Positions 1-9,194 of a stretch of 27,546 bases of DNA are shown here, in pieces. Position 1 is the first letter of the stretch. Each line of letters begins with the position of its first letter. The stretch is from a virus (taxonomy: Duplodnaviria > Caudoviricetes), in IMG/VR virus record IMGVR_UViG_3300010289_000003, positions 1 to 27,546 of that record; one strand, written 5' to 3'. Below the pieces are notes generated by a model. The model searched no databases. It was not told the DNA's origin and worked only from the letters and a program-made list of their open reading frames with translations. Both the position numbers and the translations under genes were made by a program.

Positions 1-806
1 GCCGTGTCAGTGTGAGCGGAGCTGATGATGTTGTGCGCCGTGATTCCGCCTGAAGCCTTAGCGAAGTTCACGTAACGCAAGTCGTAGATGTTCTGCTCTG
101 TTCTGTCATCCGAAATAGCCGCCTGGCCTCGATATAGCAATACCCAGGCAAGCGGTATTTCGCTCGTTGTAGGGGCAGGAGCATCGGCAATCTGAATGGC
201 CTCGACAGACACAATGTTCCCCGCGCGTGCCTTTAAATCTCCATTGGCATCGAGATAGATCAGCACAAAGCGGGCATTGATTCCCGACGTCGGAACATAG
301 CTCGTCAAATCGAGTGTTTGGGACGTAATCCACATCGGGTATCCCCAAACGATAGCGTGTCCGGGTTCATTGCTCACCAGATACGTTCCGCTGGCGTATA
401 TCCTCAGCCCCCGTATCTGGCGATGGTGAACGTAAACCAAATCGCTACCGTCTCCCGTACCGACGCCTGGGAATTCGTGCGTCTCGTGATGTGGCGCAAT
501 CTCCGGCACGACATCAAAACCGGCTGCCAGGTACGTTTCCTGTCTGATCGCCAGCACCTGAAATTCATCTGTGATGCCGTCGTACCCCAGAACGACCGGT
601 AAATCGTAGCGATTCGGAACGCGCTTGTTCCTGGCCTGCCCCTCCGTCTCTTCGTGCCCAATGCGTACGTACACGTAACCTGGGCGGGTCGGTATGGCAA
701 CAGCGCGATCGGATATGCGCCCCAAAAGGCCAGGTACAGTGAAAAGCACGTCTGCTTTTCTGTCCATCATCTCTTGAAATTGCCGCCGAACGTCGTTGAA
801 GCTCAT
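1..806 (-). CDS. Minor tail / tail fibre protein, N-terminal part (runs off the left edge; absent from the ORF track)
   Basis: ATG at 806 overlaps the upstream stop (ATGA). I translated 268 stop-free codons: MSFNDVRRQFQEMMDRKADV...APHHETHEFP...EIPLAWVLLYRGQAAISDDRTEQNIYDLRY...SAHTDT. The IPLAxVxL...IxDLR pattern recalls phage minor tail proteins, and the position fits. Confidence 0.75.
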   Translation of the reverse strand, partial: MSFNDVRRQFQEMMDRKADVLFTVPGLLGRISDRAVAIPTRPGYVYVRIGHEETEGQARNKRVPNRYDLPVVLGYDGITDEFQVLAIRQETYLAAGFDVVPEIAPHHETHEFPGVGTGDGSDLVYVHHRQIRGLRIYASGTYLVSNEPGHAIVWGYPMWITSQTLDLTSYVPTSGINARFVLIYLDANGDLKARAGNIVSVEAIQIADAPAPTTSEIPLAWVLLYRGQAAISDDRTEQNIYDLRYVNFAKASGGITAHNIISSAHTDT

Positions 807-2833
807 ACCAAAAAAGTCCTGATGTGCGTATTGCCGACCGAGTTGTTCGTGAAGCCGCTCCAGTCTGTGAAAACGCTCCCCAGATTTCCGGTTTTATCAC
901 TCCAGGTCATTTCTTCTAGATCACACACAATAACAATGCGCTTGCCCGTTATGCTAGCTCTAGAGCTTCCCCGCACCCAGGCCACATACCGATCGTCCTT
1001 AGGATAGAAGACACCTAAGGCCCCAAGAGCGCCGGTGTCTCCAAAACCTGATGTTGCACTTTCGGCTGTTCCTATTTCAACTGCCGTCGCTTTCGACTGG
1101 GCAAGATAAAGATCGTAATCTGCACGGAGTGTCAGATATGTTTCTCCATCAGATGCTACGCTGAATCCATAGTTTCCTATTATTCCATCATCCCAGGGGG
1201 TGTCAAGGTTACCCCACCGGAATATTTCGGAGTCCCAGTCCTTGTTGTTCAACACATATTGGTCGCTTATACCTGGGACAGTTGAAATCATACCTTGCGG
1301 GTACGTAGAGTTGGCAAGTAAGACGAACGAAAAGGAGCCGCTTCCATCTCCAACCTGGTATGCCGAGCGAGGAGGAGTGGCCTCTACCTGTCCACCTACC
1401 TTCCACACCCCACCGACTCTCGCTACGCAGTTCCAGTTAAGACTATCTGGAACGCGGAACGGTTTTTCCGATGGGTTGTTGTTGCGGTGCGCGAACAAAC
1501 AAAAGTTAACAGACGAACCGCTGATGATATATGCGCCGCTCTGTTCAGATTCAAACATAATGTTACCGTGCAACGGTGCACAAACCTGATATGTTTCGCG
1601 GTCTATCAGTACAGCGCCGAATTGATAGGCGTTTGACACCGCGCTAGCATTAGATGATGAGACCAACAGCTTCCATACTTTTCCGCTTGTCCAATTCTGG
1701 ATCGCGCTCACATCGTCGCAACACCACAAGCCAATCGTATCCAAGTCCGGCGACGCCGCTGTGTCCCACGTGGTTACGTACGCTTTGTTGTTCCATACGT
1801 CCATAGAGTGAAACCTGCGCGTTGTGACGTCGCCCAACATATCGTTGTTTGGGTCTGCGTTATACCAGACCGGCGTCTCGGTATCTAGCGCGTATGTCAC
1901 GGCAATCTGATTCCGGTTTATGATAAACGCTCCAACCTTAGGCTCGATAATCGGCGCCGGTGGATCCGGCGGCGGGGGAGGCGGCGGTATAGACGTGGGA
2001 GGCGGCGGCTCAGGCGGCGGGTCTCCGTCAATACCCAGCCCTTCCCCGGTCGTCTCAAGCTCGCATCCTATCGAAGCGAGCAGCACGCCGTCATTCGCAT
2101 TGTGTTTAAGCGACACTCGGCGCGGTATAAGCCTGGCGTCCGGTAAAGTAATCCCCCTCACGGTGTCAGACCCCTCGATTGTCAGCGCAACATATTGATT
2201 TGGAGCAATGTCGAAAGCGCGATTGTTCGAGGCCAGCCGGATGTCAAACAACGGATACAAGTTCGCTTCATCGGCAAAAACCAGGCCTGCCAGAGCATTG
2301 GATTGCGCCTGGCTAGACAGGGCTAACCGGTCATAGCGCCTTATATTTCCATAACGAGCGGGGATATGTCCTAATGCTAGAGAGAATAAGGCCTGCGCTT
2401 CTCCATCTTGATATGCTACTCCTGACAGGTCTACCATCGCTACGTCCGACACTGTTTCGCGTCGGATTTCCATCGCGTTTTCCCAATCATCATCCGTCAG
2501 TTCCATCACGACCGGAATGTCTCCGCGGCTCGCTACGGGTAATAGTTGAGTATCTATCTCAACATATAATGCTCCGTAACGGTCACAACAAGCTGTCGCC
2601 AATATGGTCTCGCGCGCCACTCTCGTGATTTGCTCCCACAGCGTTCCAATCGGAGCATCAAAGACCCGTATCTGTCGTGTGTCACCGGTCAGGAAACAAT
2701 CCGTAAATCGCGTCAGCGTGGTTCGCCAGTGGAGAAAATGCCACAAGCCGCGGTCTACCGTCAGGTCACTGAACTCAGCCCAGCTATCTGGTACATCGCT
2801 TACATCCTCAATGCCGGATGGGAAGCCCATCAT
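803..2833 (-). CDS. Tail tip / baseplate hub-like protein with poly-Pro linker and beta-rich C-terminal (putative receptor-binding) domain
   Basis: 676-aa ORF downstream of the tape measure gene; linker DPPPEPPPPTSIPPPPPPPDPPAP separates two domains. May be the 3' half of a split gene (see findings). Confidence 0.7.
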   Translation of the reverse strand: MMGFPSGIEDVSDVPDSWAEFSDLTVDRGLWHFLHWRTTLTRFTDCFLTGDTRQIRVFDAPIGTLWEQITRVARETILATACCDRYGALYVEIDTQLLPVASRGDIPVVMELTDDDWENAMEIRRETVSDVAMVDLSGVAYQDGEAQALFSLALGHIPARYGNIRRYDRLALSSQAQSNALAGLVFADEANLYPLFDIRLASNNRAFDIAPNQYVALTIEGSDTVRGITLPDARLIPRRVSLKHNANDGVLLASIGCELETTGEGLGIDGDPPPEPPPPTSIPPPPPPPDPPAPIIEPKVGAFIINRNQIAVTYALDTETPVWYNADPNNDMLGDVTTRRFHSMDVWNNKAYVTTWDTAASPDLDTIGLWCCDDVSAIQNWTSGKVWKLLVSSSNASAVSNAYQFGAVLIDRETYQVCAPLHGNIMFESEQSGAYIISGSSVNFCLFAHRNNNPSEKPFRVPDSLNWNCVARVGGVWKVGGQVEATPPRSAYQVGDGSGSFSFVLLANSTYPQGMISTVPGISDQYVLNNKDWDSEIFRWGNLDTPWDDGIIGNYGFSVASDGETYLTLRADYDLYLAQSKATAVEIGTAESATSGFGDTGALGALGVFYPKDDRYVAWVRGSSRASITGKRIVIVCDLEEMTWSDKTGNLGSVFTDWSGFTNNSVGNTHIRTFLV

Positions 2834-3849
2834 CTGGGCAAGCCAATAGTTAGTCCATACACCTCAAACGTTACCGAACCGCTCTCGGTATCATAATTGA
2901 TCGTCTCCCCTGCTACCCATCCCACAAAGACAATGTTCTCACGCCCGCTAATCGGCCCAATGCTCTTTGCTGTGCTGCCATACACATCGCGCGCGAAAAC
3001 AACAACCATAGCGCGGTCACGAATTTCATCGCGCGTCGCTTCATCGTAAGCCGTGATGCGGGCAGTCCACCCGCCGTTACTCCTGTCTCCGTCACAACTT
3101 TCAAGCACAAAAGCGGTTGTCGGTGGATATTCATCACTGTACACAAAGACCCACCTGTATCCGGTGAACGTACCACCCGAAGCCGCTGTGACCGTGCAGG
3201 AGACACGAAACGTCCCGGTTGTGTCATACACAATTGTCGGTGTAGCAGTGTTCATCCCGCTTGTGCTGCTTGCGCCCGGTGCATCCCAGGAATAGGATGC
3301 TATGGTGCTTCCTATTACCCAAGAGCGTGAGGCATCAAAACTGACGGTCACGGTTGCACCAGTGAGCCAAACAACAGATGGCGGTCCCAACACAGGCACA
3401 GGCGCGCACACTGTGTGCTGGTCGCTGTATGCCACATCGTGATCCATATAGATTTTACCTTCGTCATCTATGCGAATATGCCGAGGCCAGGGAGCGAATT
3501 CGTTCACGATAGTAATGTACTGGTCGGCTGCAAATTGCACATCTGACGTTTCCGCGATCTTCATTGTGCCACTCTGTCCGGTCAGGGGGGCACGCAAGCG
3601 TGCCATTCCAACATCATAGCTGCCATCCAACGTGCCAACATAAACCGTCTGATCGGCAAGCGTATTGCTCCATCCCAAGTCGGCCTGGTGGTAGGTTAGC
3701 TGGGCAATGCGGTCATTGCTTGTCGGAGTGCTCGCCACTCTCGCTTTGCATACAATCGCAGGGGTGAGCACCGCCAGATACAGCAAGCAAGACTGCTGTT
3801 TCTGACGAAGCAAAAAAAGCTCGTTGGCCGTTAGTGCACGTGCCGCCAT
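2830..3849 (-). CDS. Tail protein with PKD (Ig-like) domain
   Basis: VSFDASRSW...IASYSWD...PTIVYDTTGTFRVSCTVT matches the PKD pattern; located in the tail-tip region. Confidence 0.75.
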   Translation of the reverse strand: MAARALTANELFLLRQKQQSCLLYLAVLTPAIVCKARVASTPTSNDRIAQLTYHQADLGWSNTLADQTVYVGTLDGSYDVGMARLRAPLTGQSGTMKIAETSDVQFAADQYITIVNEFAPWPRHIRIDDEGKIYMDHDVAYSDQHTVCAPVPVLGPPSVVWLTGATVTVSFDASRSWVIGSTIASYSWDAPGASSTSGMNTATPTIVYDTTGTFRVSCTVTAASGGTFTGYRWVFVYSDEYPPTTAFVLESCDGDRSNGGWTARITAYDEATRDEIRDRAMVVVFARDVYGSTAKSIGPISGRENIVFVGWVAGETINYDTESGSVTFEVYGLTIGLPR

Positions 3850-4199
3850 CAGCTCACCTCAATCCGGCTAAGCGATATGTCAAAGCCGACCATCACAGGT
3901 TCTGGCCCACGAGTGTCCATTCTCCCGGTCGCTTCATCCAGGTAAGCGGTAAATTCTGTCGGTTCGCCAGTCACTGGGTGAGGCAGGGTAAATGTATATT
4001 GTTCGCCATTTCGTAACCTGCACCACTCGTAGAACGAAATGCGACGGATCGATATCGGCAGGTCTATGCTCAGCGAACATTTCCAGAACCTGCCGATAAC
4101 AGGCGCGCCAGATGCCGTGCGGGCCACAATAGCTGGACTTTCCCAGTTGACAGAGCGTGGCGATAGCACCGCAGGTTTTCCAGCAATTTCTATGATCAC
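3849..4199 (-). CDS. Putative distal tail (Dit-like) protein
   Basis: 116-aa beta-rich ORF directly after the tape measure gene with GTGA overlap; call is by position. Confidence 0.5.
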   Translation of the reverse strand: MIIEIAGKPAVLSPRSVNWESPAIVARTASGAPVIGRFWKCSLSIDLPISIRRISFYEWCRLRNGEQYTFTLPHPVTGEPTEFTAYLDEATGRMDTRGPEPVMVGFDISLSRIEVS

Positions 4200-6469
4200 C
4201 GCACCACCTCACGGAACGCCTCAATTACCGCAGCTTGTACAGCGGCGGTAAGCTGCCCGGACAATCCGGCCATCTGAGCTGTGATTGTCCCACTAACATC
4301 GTGACGCATTTTCCCTCCGCTTAGCGGGATAGCCGACACAAGTTCTGCTCCGGCCTCGCCAAAGCGTGCAAGAGTTGGGCGAGTTACGATCATCGCCCCA
4401 CCCTCAGCGAAGCCAGGTATTCCGCTGTGTCCAACCGGCATTACTCCTCCACCCGGTGCAGGGATGCGCCTGTATATCCGCGGAATGAATTGATCGGTAA
4501 GCGTGAGCATCCGCATCAGATGCGCGCGATAAGCCTCCTCTTGTCCGAGATATGCTGCATCAGCCTGTGCTCTCTCCAACACAAACTGCCGCTGCATATC
4601 CTCTAGCTTGCGGCGGTTGGCAATTTCACGGTCTTGCCTCTGTCGCTCTTCAGCAAGTTGCATTTCGGCCAGTTGCCGTTCACGGTCAGCCTCAATCGCT
4701 GCGTTCTGTTGCTCAAGGTTTGCTCGCAGGTCGGCCAGTTGCTGTTCACGCGCCGCCCTTGCCGTCTCCCGCGCGCGTTGCAATGCGACGGCTTGTTCGG
4801 CTTGCTGCCGCTGGTAATCTGCCGCTGCTTCTGCTCTTTGTCTGTCACGTTCGCCTTGTGCGTTTTGTTCTTCCCTCTGGCGCGTTCTGATGGCCTCCAC
4901 TAATGCCAGCGCATCCCGCCGCCGCACCGCGTCTTGGAACGATATATCAAAGCGTTCTCGTATCTGGCGCATCCTCTCCTGATGTTGATATTCAATGTTC
5001 TCTAGACGACGCGCGTAATCCTGTTGAGCGCGTTGCATATTGTCATTATACTGTTGCTGGGCCTGCGAGATAGATTGTGTGTATTGCCGTTCAATCGCTT
5101 GCATACGATCGCCAGATTGCGCAACAATCTGTGCTCTGCGTTGAGCAAGGTTTCGTTCAAGGTCTTCAAGCCTACGCGCACGTGCAAGAGCATCATCCTC
5201 TCGCTGCCTCCCTGCCTGTATGGACATCTCGACCAGTTGCTCCAAGCCACGCGTCTGCAAGTCCACTAACCGCTTGGTGTATTGTGATGTAGCTTCGGCT
5301 GCGTTCCAAGTTGACTCAGATGCATCGTCAAAAGCACGACCGAGCACTCCAGCTCCCTCGGCTACCTGGTTCGTTTGTTCGCTCAGTTCGTGCGCACGAT
5401 TGTACGTCTCCATAAAAGCTTCGGTATATGCCCGCAGCGGTTCAAGTGCTTGTGTCATATCCCCAGTCTTGACACTAGCTCCGAGTTTAATCAGTTCTAT
5501 AGGTTGCGTCATCTCATAAACGCGGGAAACCATCGCGCTTAAACCGTGAAGAACACCTGCCACACGCGCTGCTGATTCTTCCACTAGTGCGAAGAATCCG
5601 GCGACATCCACTTGCGTAAGATGCAAAAATCCCTCGATCAACGCAGCGGTTGCAGGTGCGAGAGCTTGTTTCAACCCGTTGCTCAAGTTCTCCTGTTGTG
5701 CCCGCAGACGCCCAAACTGTGTGGCAGCATCTACGGCTCCCCCACCAAGCTGCTCGAATTTTTCGTTGACAGCCTCAAGAAGCGAAACCCTGATGGCTTC
5801 TTGCATCGCCATACCGGATGCCACATACGCGTCTATCTTCGGCTTAACATCTGCCAATGTTAAGCCGAAATCGTCCAGGCGCGCTTTCGAGGCCTCAAAA
5901 TTTGATGTCAGCAGAACAAAGCTCATAATAGCCCGCTCAGCCGACAGCCCCTTAATAGCTCCACCTACCGCGGTAATACTACGCGCAGCCGTTGCCAGTT
6001 CCTCTGATGTACGAGCGACACGTAGCGACAACAGCATCGTCGCTTGTTCCATCAAGCCCTGGTCAGATACAGCACCATTCGTCGCTTCTCGCAACTTCTC
6101 TAACACTGCACGTGCTTCCTCTACTCCGCCTACCAGTGTATAAAAAGCCCGCGCAGAACGTATCTGTTGCGCTCCCTCTGCAGCAGCTTGAAAGACCTGG
6201 TTCAGATAACCGGCGAAACGACCGAGCACCCCAGTTGCTATATCCACCACACCTTTTATGTCCGCGAACGATTGGATGAGCGATAAGCCACTGCGGGTTT
6301 TGCGGTCTTCCTTCTCCTCAACCTCCTCAAGGTTGTCTTTATATCTTTTCAGCGCGTACTCTGTACATTTGATAGCTCTCTCTGCCTGTTCAAGCGCGTT
6401 GTTGTAACGCTTGATTCCGGCTTCAAAACCGGCATCGCGCCATATCGCCTCAACGCCTATTCGTTCCAT
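4196..6469 (-). CDS. Tape measure protein
   Basis: 757 aa, Ala/Gln/Arg/Glu-rich helical and coiled-coil sequence, C-terminal IPGFAEGG...RPTLARFGEAGAELV motif, follows the tail chaperones. Confidence 0.9.
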   Translation of the reverse strand: MERIGVEAIWRDAGFEAGIKRYNNALEQAERAIKCTEYALKRYKDNLEEVEEKEDRKTRSGLSLIQSFADIKGVVDIATGVLGRFAGYLNQVFQAAAEGAQQIRSARAFYTLVGGVEEARAVLEKLREATNGAVSDQGLMEQATMLLSLRVARTSEELATAARSITAVGGAIKGLSAERAIMSFVLLTSNFEASKARLDDFGLTLADVKPKIDAYVASGMAMQEAIRVSLLEAVNEKFEQLGGGAVDAATQFGRLRAQQENLSNGLKQALAPATAALIEGFLHLTQVDVAGFFALVEESAARVAGVLHGLSAMVSRVYEMTQPIELIKLGASVKTGDMTQALEPLRAYTEAFMETYNRAHELSEQTNQVAEGAGVLGRAFDDASESTWNAAEATSQYTKRLVDLQTRGLEQLVEMSIQAGRQREDDALARARRLEDLERNLAQRRAQIVAQSGDRMQAIERQYTQSISQAQQQYNDNMQRAQQDYARRLENIEYQHQERMRQIRERFDISFQDAVRRRDALALVEAIRTRQREEQNAQGERDRQRAEAAADYQRQQAEQAVALQRARETARAAREQQLADLRANLEQQNAAIEADRERQLAEMQLAEERQRQDREIANRRKLEDMQRQFVLERAQADAAYLGQEEAYRAHLMRMLTLTDQFIPRIYRRIPAPGGGVMPVGHSGIPGFAEGGAMIVTRPTLARFGEAGAELVSAIPLSGGKMRHDVSGTITAQMAGLSGQLTAAVQAAVIEAFREVVR

Positions 6470-6475
6470 ACTACA

Positions 6476-6700
6476 TCATCTACCCCTAGACAACGCATAC
6501 TCTATACGCCCTCGTGCTCTCTCATACGCTACCATCATCGCGCGCGCGGCGCGTGAACAGGCGTACCAGGAATCCGGCGTTAGCCCCCACGCGCGCGCCG
6601 CTTCCATCTCCTCGTGTATCCTCGTTCGGGGTATTCCTGCCCCCGGCGGCCTTGCCAGCCGATTTATGTCGTCCCCGAAATCCGGCCTCAGCGGCCACAA
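6476..6700 (-). CDS. Tail assembly chaperone GT-like C-terminal segment (probably expressed by frameshift)
   Basis: Overlaps the chaperone ORF in the +1 frame and ends 6 nt before the tape measure ATG; sequence EAARAWGLTPDSWY..SRAARAMMVAY. Confidence 0.6.
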   Translation of the reverse strand: MWPLRPDFGDDINRLARPPGAGIPRTRIHEEMEAARAWGLTPDSWYACSRAARAMMVAYERARGRIEYALSRGR

Positions 6701-7199
6701 TCTCCTCCTCTCGCAACACCGTTTCAGATTCGATTACATCTAGCAACGCCGCGATGTCACGCGGCGTCGTCAGCAGTTCAAGAGCAATATACTCAGCGCG
6801 CAGATTCTCAGACGGGGACAAGCCAGCCCGCGTCAGAGCATCAGGATACCGCCAGTCTGCCGGTGGCTCTTGTAACCAGTCCCCCCCAGGAAATTGCCAG
6901 GCCACAACAGCGTAGTCACGAATAAGTGAGTTCCAGGCATCATTTGCTCGCTCTAGCGCGATCCGTTGCTGTTCCTCCCACTGCGCGTGAGAAGCGAGGT
7001 ATTGCTCCCAGGCAGGATCGTCCTCTGGTGCAACAGTTCTCTCTTTGTGACCGGCTTTAGTTGTGAATTCGACGGTTGGGGGTTGGGGTTCAGGAGGAAG
7101 CGCGGCGTGTACCTGGCCGCGAAAAACCAGGTAAACGTGCGGGGGAACGGGGCGCACCCGTAGGCGCACCCCGTTGCTCAATACGATTTCTCGTTCCAT
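6522..7199 (-). CDS. Tail assembly chaperone (gpG-like)
   Basis: Lies between tail tube and tape measure genes; GAGGT SD upstream of ATG 7199. Confidence 0.7.
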   Translation of the reverse strand: MEREIVLSNGVRLRVRPVPPHVYLVFRGQVHAALPPEPQPPTVEFTTKAGHKERTVAPEDDPAWEQYLASHAQWEEQQRIALERANDAWNSLIRDYAVVAWQFPGGDWLQEPPADWRYPDALTRAGLSPSENLRAEYIALELLTTPRDIAALLDVIESETVLREEEIVAAEAGFRGRHKSAGKAAGGRNTPNEDTRGDGSGARVGANAGFLVRLFTRRARDDGSV

Positions 7200-7201
7200 T
7201 T

Positions 7202-8671
7202 TTACCTCGCTTGTCTGTTGAATTTTGCGACATAGGAGGTAACAGAAACATCCCCAGCTGCATACATTAAGTTTGCGTCACAGACCGCAATCGCGTAAAT
7301 GCCGGCATTTGCAGGCGTGCGCATCCCAATTTCTGAGGCTAACCAAGTTGAGCCGCCATCCTCTGTGCGGTAAACTGTGGCAGAACCAGAGACGTTATAA
7401 ACCAGGTATCCTACGTAGCGATTCTGCGGATCGAAGCGAATCTGAGCCACATTGCCACTGCCAAAATCTGCGATCGTTTCCCAGGTCGTGCCCTGGTCTA
7501 CCGACCGATATACTGCTCCATTGTTCGCTCCAACAAAGACGTGACCATACCGGTTCACTGCTGCGGTGAGCAAATTCACTCCCCCTGCCGGCCCGGTCAA
7601 AGCAGACCAGGTAGAACCGCCGTCGGTGGTGCGGATCACCGCATTGGAGTCCCCAACCGCATATCCTGTACGATCGCTGTAGAAAGCGATGTCCCACAGG
7701 TTCTGAGCAGTCACCGTCCCATTGGTTAACACCACCCAAGAGTTGCCCACGTCTGCCGAGCGATACACTCGCCCCCCAGAAGCGACTGCGTACAGCCGCA
7801 TCCGTGTATCCCACCCCAGACGGTTGATAGAAATGCCCGTTGTACTGTGAACGGTAACCTCTGTCCAGGAAGTACCTTCGTTATCGCTATACGAAATAAC
7901 AGCCGGTTGCCCCGTCACAGCACCTCCGCTCACAATAACACGGTGACCGGAAGCAGTGATGACCGTCTTGACATCTGTCGCATCACGCGTTGCTTGAGTG
8001 AACGGATTCGCTGATGTACCTGTCCAATTTGCGCCACTATCATCAGTATAGTACACGATTGGATTGGACGGGTGCGTATAGTCAGAATCCATCACCACAT
8101 AACCATACTCTCCGAGCCGTATAGCCGCTGTACAATCTCCAGCGCAGGTGCGCGAGAGAAAGTCAATCCCGTTGATATTATACGTTGCGGACAGAGAGAG
8201 CCGGTTTCCGGTCAACTTGTACAGCACGAACGCTGAAGCCGCGCTGATTTGTCCGGTGGTGTTCACCCTACCATTCTCATCCGGCTGTAGCGCTGCCGCG
8301 CTTTCGATTGCGCTCTCCGTAAACACGCCGTCCATCAGAAACATAGCAACCTGGTAGTTTGTCACCAGGTTGCGCGGCGTTCCGGAGCACGCCCAGTTCA
8401 CGCGGTACGTGGCCGGGCAGGCCGCCTCTAGAAGCCAGTTGTACACACTCTCAAGCGGGCGCGTAAGCGGTAGGGTGGCAGCTCCCGCCTCGCCGACAAT
8501 GACACCATCAGATTGGTACTGCCCGCTGACCGCGCCCGGGCTGTACATTACCGTCACATCCCCGCGCGGGATGGTGATGTTCTCGATACCGACACACGTT
8601 AGAACATCAAAAGCCTCGGTCGGATCATCTTGCACAAACAGTGCAGCGGTCGAACCTTCGATAATTCCCAT
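7202..8671 (-). CDS. Major tail tube protein fused to a BNR/Asp-box (Ycf48-like) beta-propeller
   Basis: Strong SD AGGAGGTGA. The N-terminal approx. 150 aa are beta-rich in the tail-tube position. Six Asp-box motifs follow: TDDSGANW, SDNEGTSW, SADVGNSW, TTDGGSTW, SVDQGTTW, TEDGGSTW. Confidence 0.75.
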   Translation of the reverse strand: MGIIEGSTAALFVQDDPTEAFDVLTCVGIENITIPRGDVTVMYSPGAVSGQYQSDGVIVGEAGAATLPLTRPLESVYNWLLEAACPATYRVNWACSGTPRNLVTNYQVAMFLMDGVFTESAIESAAALQPDENGRVNTTGQISAASAFVLYKLTGNRLSLSATYNINGIDFLSRTCAGDCTAAIRLGEYGYVVMDSDYTHPSNPIVYYTDDSGANWTGTSANPFTQATRDATDVKTVITASGHRVIVSGGAVTGQPAVISYSDNEGTSWTEVTVHSTTGISINRLGWDTRMRLYAVASGGRVYRSADVGNSWVVLTNGTVTAQNLWDIAFYSDRTGYAVGDSNAVIRTTDGGSTWSALTGPAGGVNLLTAAVNRYGHVFVGANNGAVYRSVDQGTTWETIADFGSGNVAQIRFDPQNRYVGYLVYNVSGSATVYRTEDGGSTWLASEIGMRTPANAGIYAIAVCDANLMYAAGDVSVTSYVAKFNRQAR

Positions 8672-8681
8672 CTTTCACCTC

Positions 8682-9188
8682 CTATGCTCTTTGTTCAAGT
8701 CCTGCGCGGACAGCCTGCAAAATCGCCTTCACGAACTTGCTCTTGCGTCGCTTGGCGATTAGCTGTGTCCACCTCCGTGCTTCAATGCCAGGCCGCGGCG
8801 GGATACCGCGCGCCATCATCGCTCGTTTACCGGCGATTACAACGCGGCCAGCTCCTGGCCCACTGCCATACCAACCGGGGTTTGTTTTGCTCTCCCAATC
8901 ACGGGACATCACAGCCCAGCGAACCTTTGTGCCCTCGTCGAGCCAGATCCACTTTTTGACGCCCTTTTCATCCCCGGTTGGCCCAACCACTACAGTTAAC
9001 TCGCCTCCCTTGTATCCCACAAGATACTCGAAGCGAGGCTTACTGCCGCGCCAGGTTGCAATGGTTTTGTTATATTCACCAACAACAGATTTTCCCTCCG
9101 CCGTCAGCGCGTTCAAGACTCTCGCGCGCACAGCTCTTGACGATAACTTATGCGGCTTTATCTGCTTGAGTTGAATCGAAACGCCCAT
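8682..9188 (-). CDS. Neck / tail completion protein (HK97 gp10-like)
   Basis: Basic 168-aa protein with WLDEGT...PGIEARRW pattern, immediately upstream of the tail tube gene. Confidence 0.6.
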   Translation of the reverse strand: MGVSIQLKQIKPHKLSSRAVRARVLNALTAEGKSVVGEYNKTIATWRGSKPRFEYLVGYKGGELTVVVGPTGDEKGVKKWIWLDEGTKVRWAVMSRDWESKTNPGWYGSGPGAGRVVIAGKRAMMARGIPPRPGIEARRWTQLIAKRRKSKFVKAILQAVRAGLEQRA

Positions 9189-9194
9189 CTCAGC

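Noticed and set aside
1955-2030. GGC-rich tract as a DNA repeat element or Gly-rich plus-strand ORF (1920-2198)
   Set aside because: Explained by the poly-proline linker of the minus-strand tail protein.
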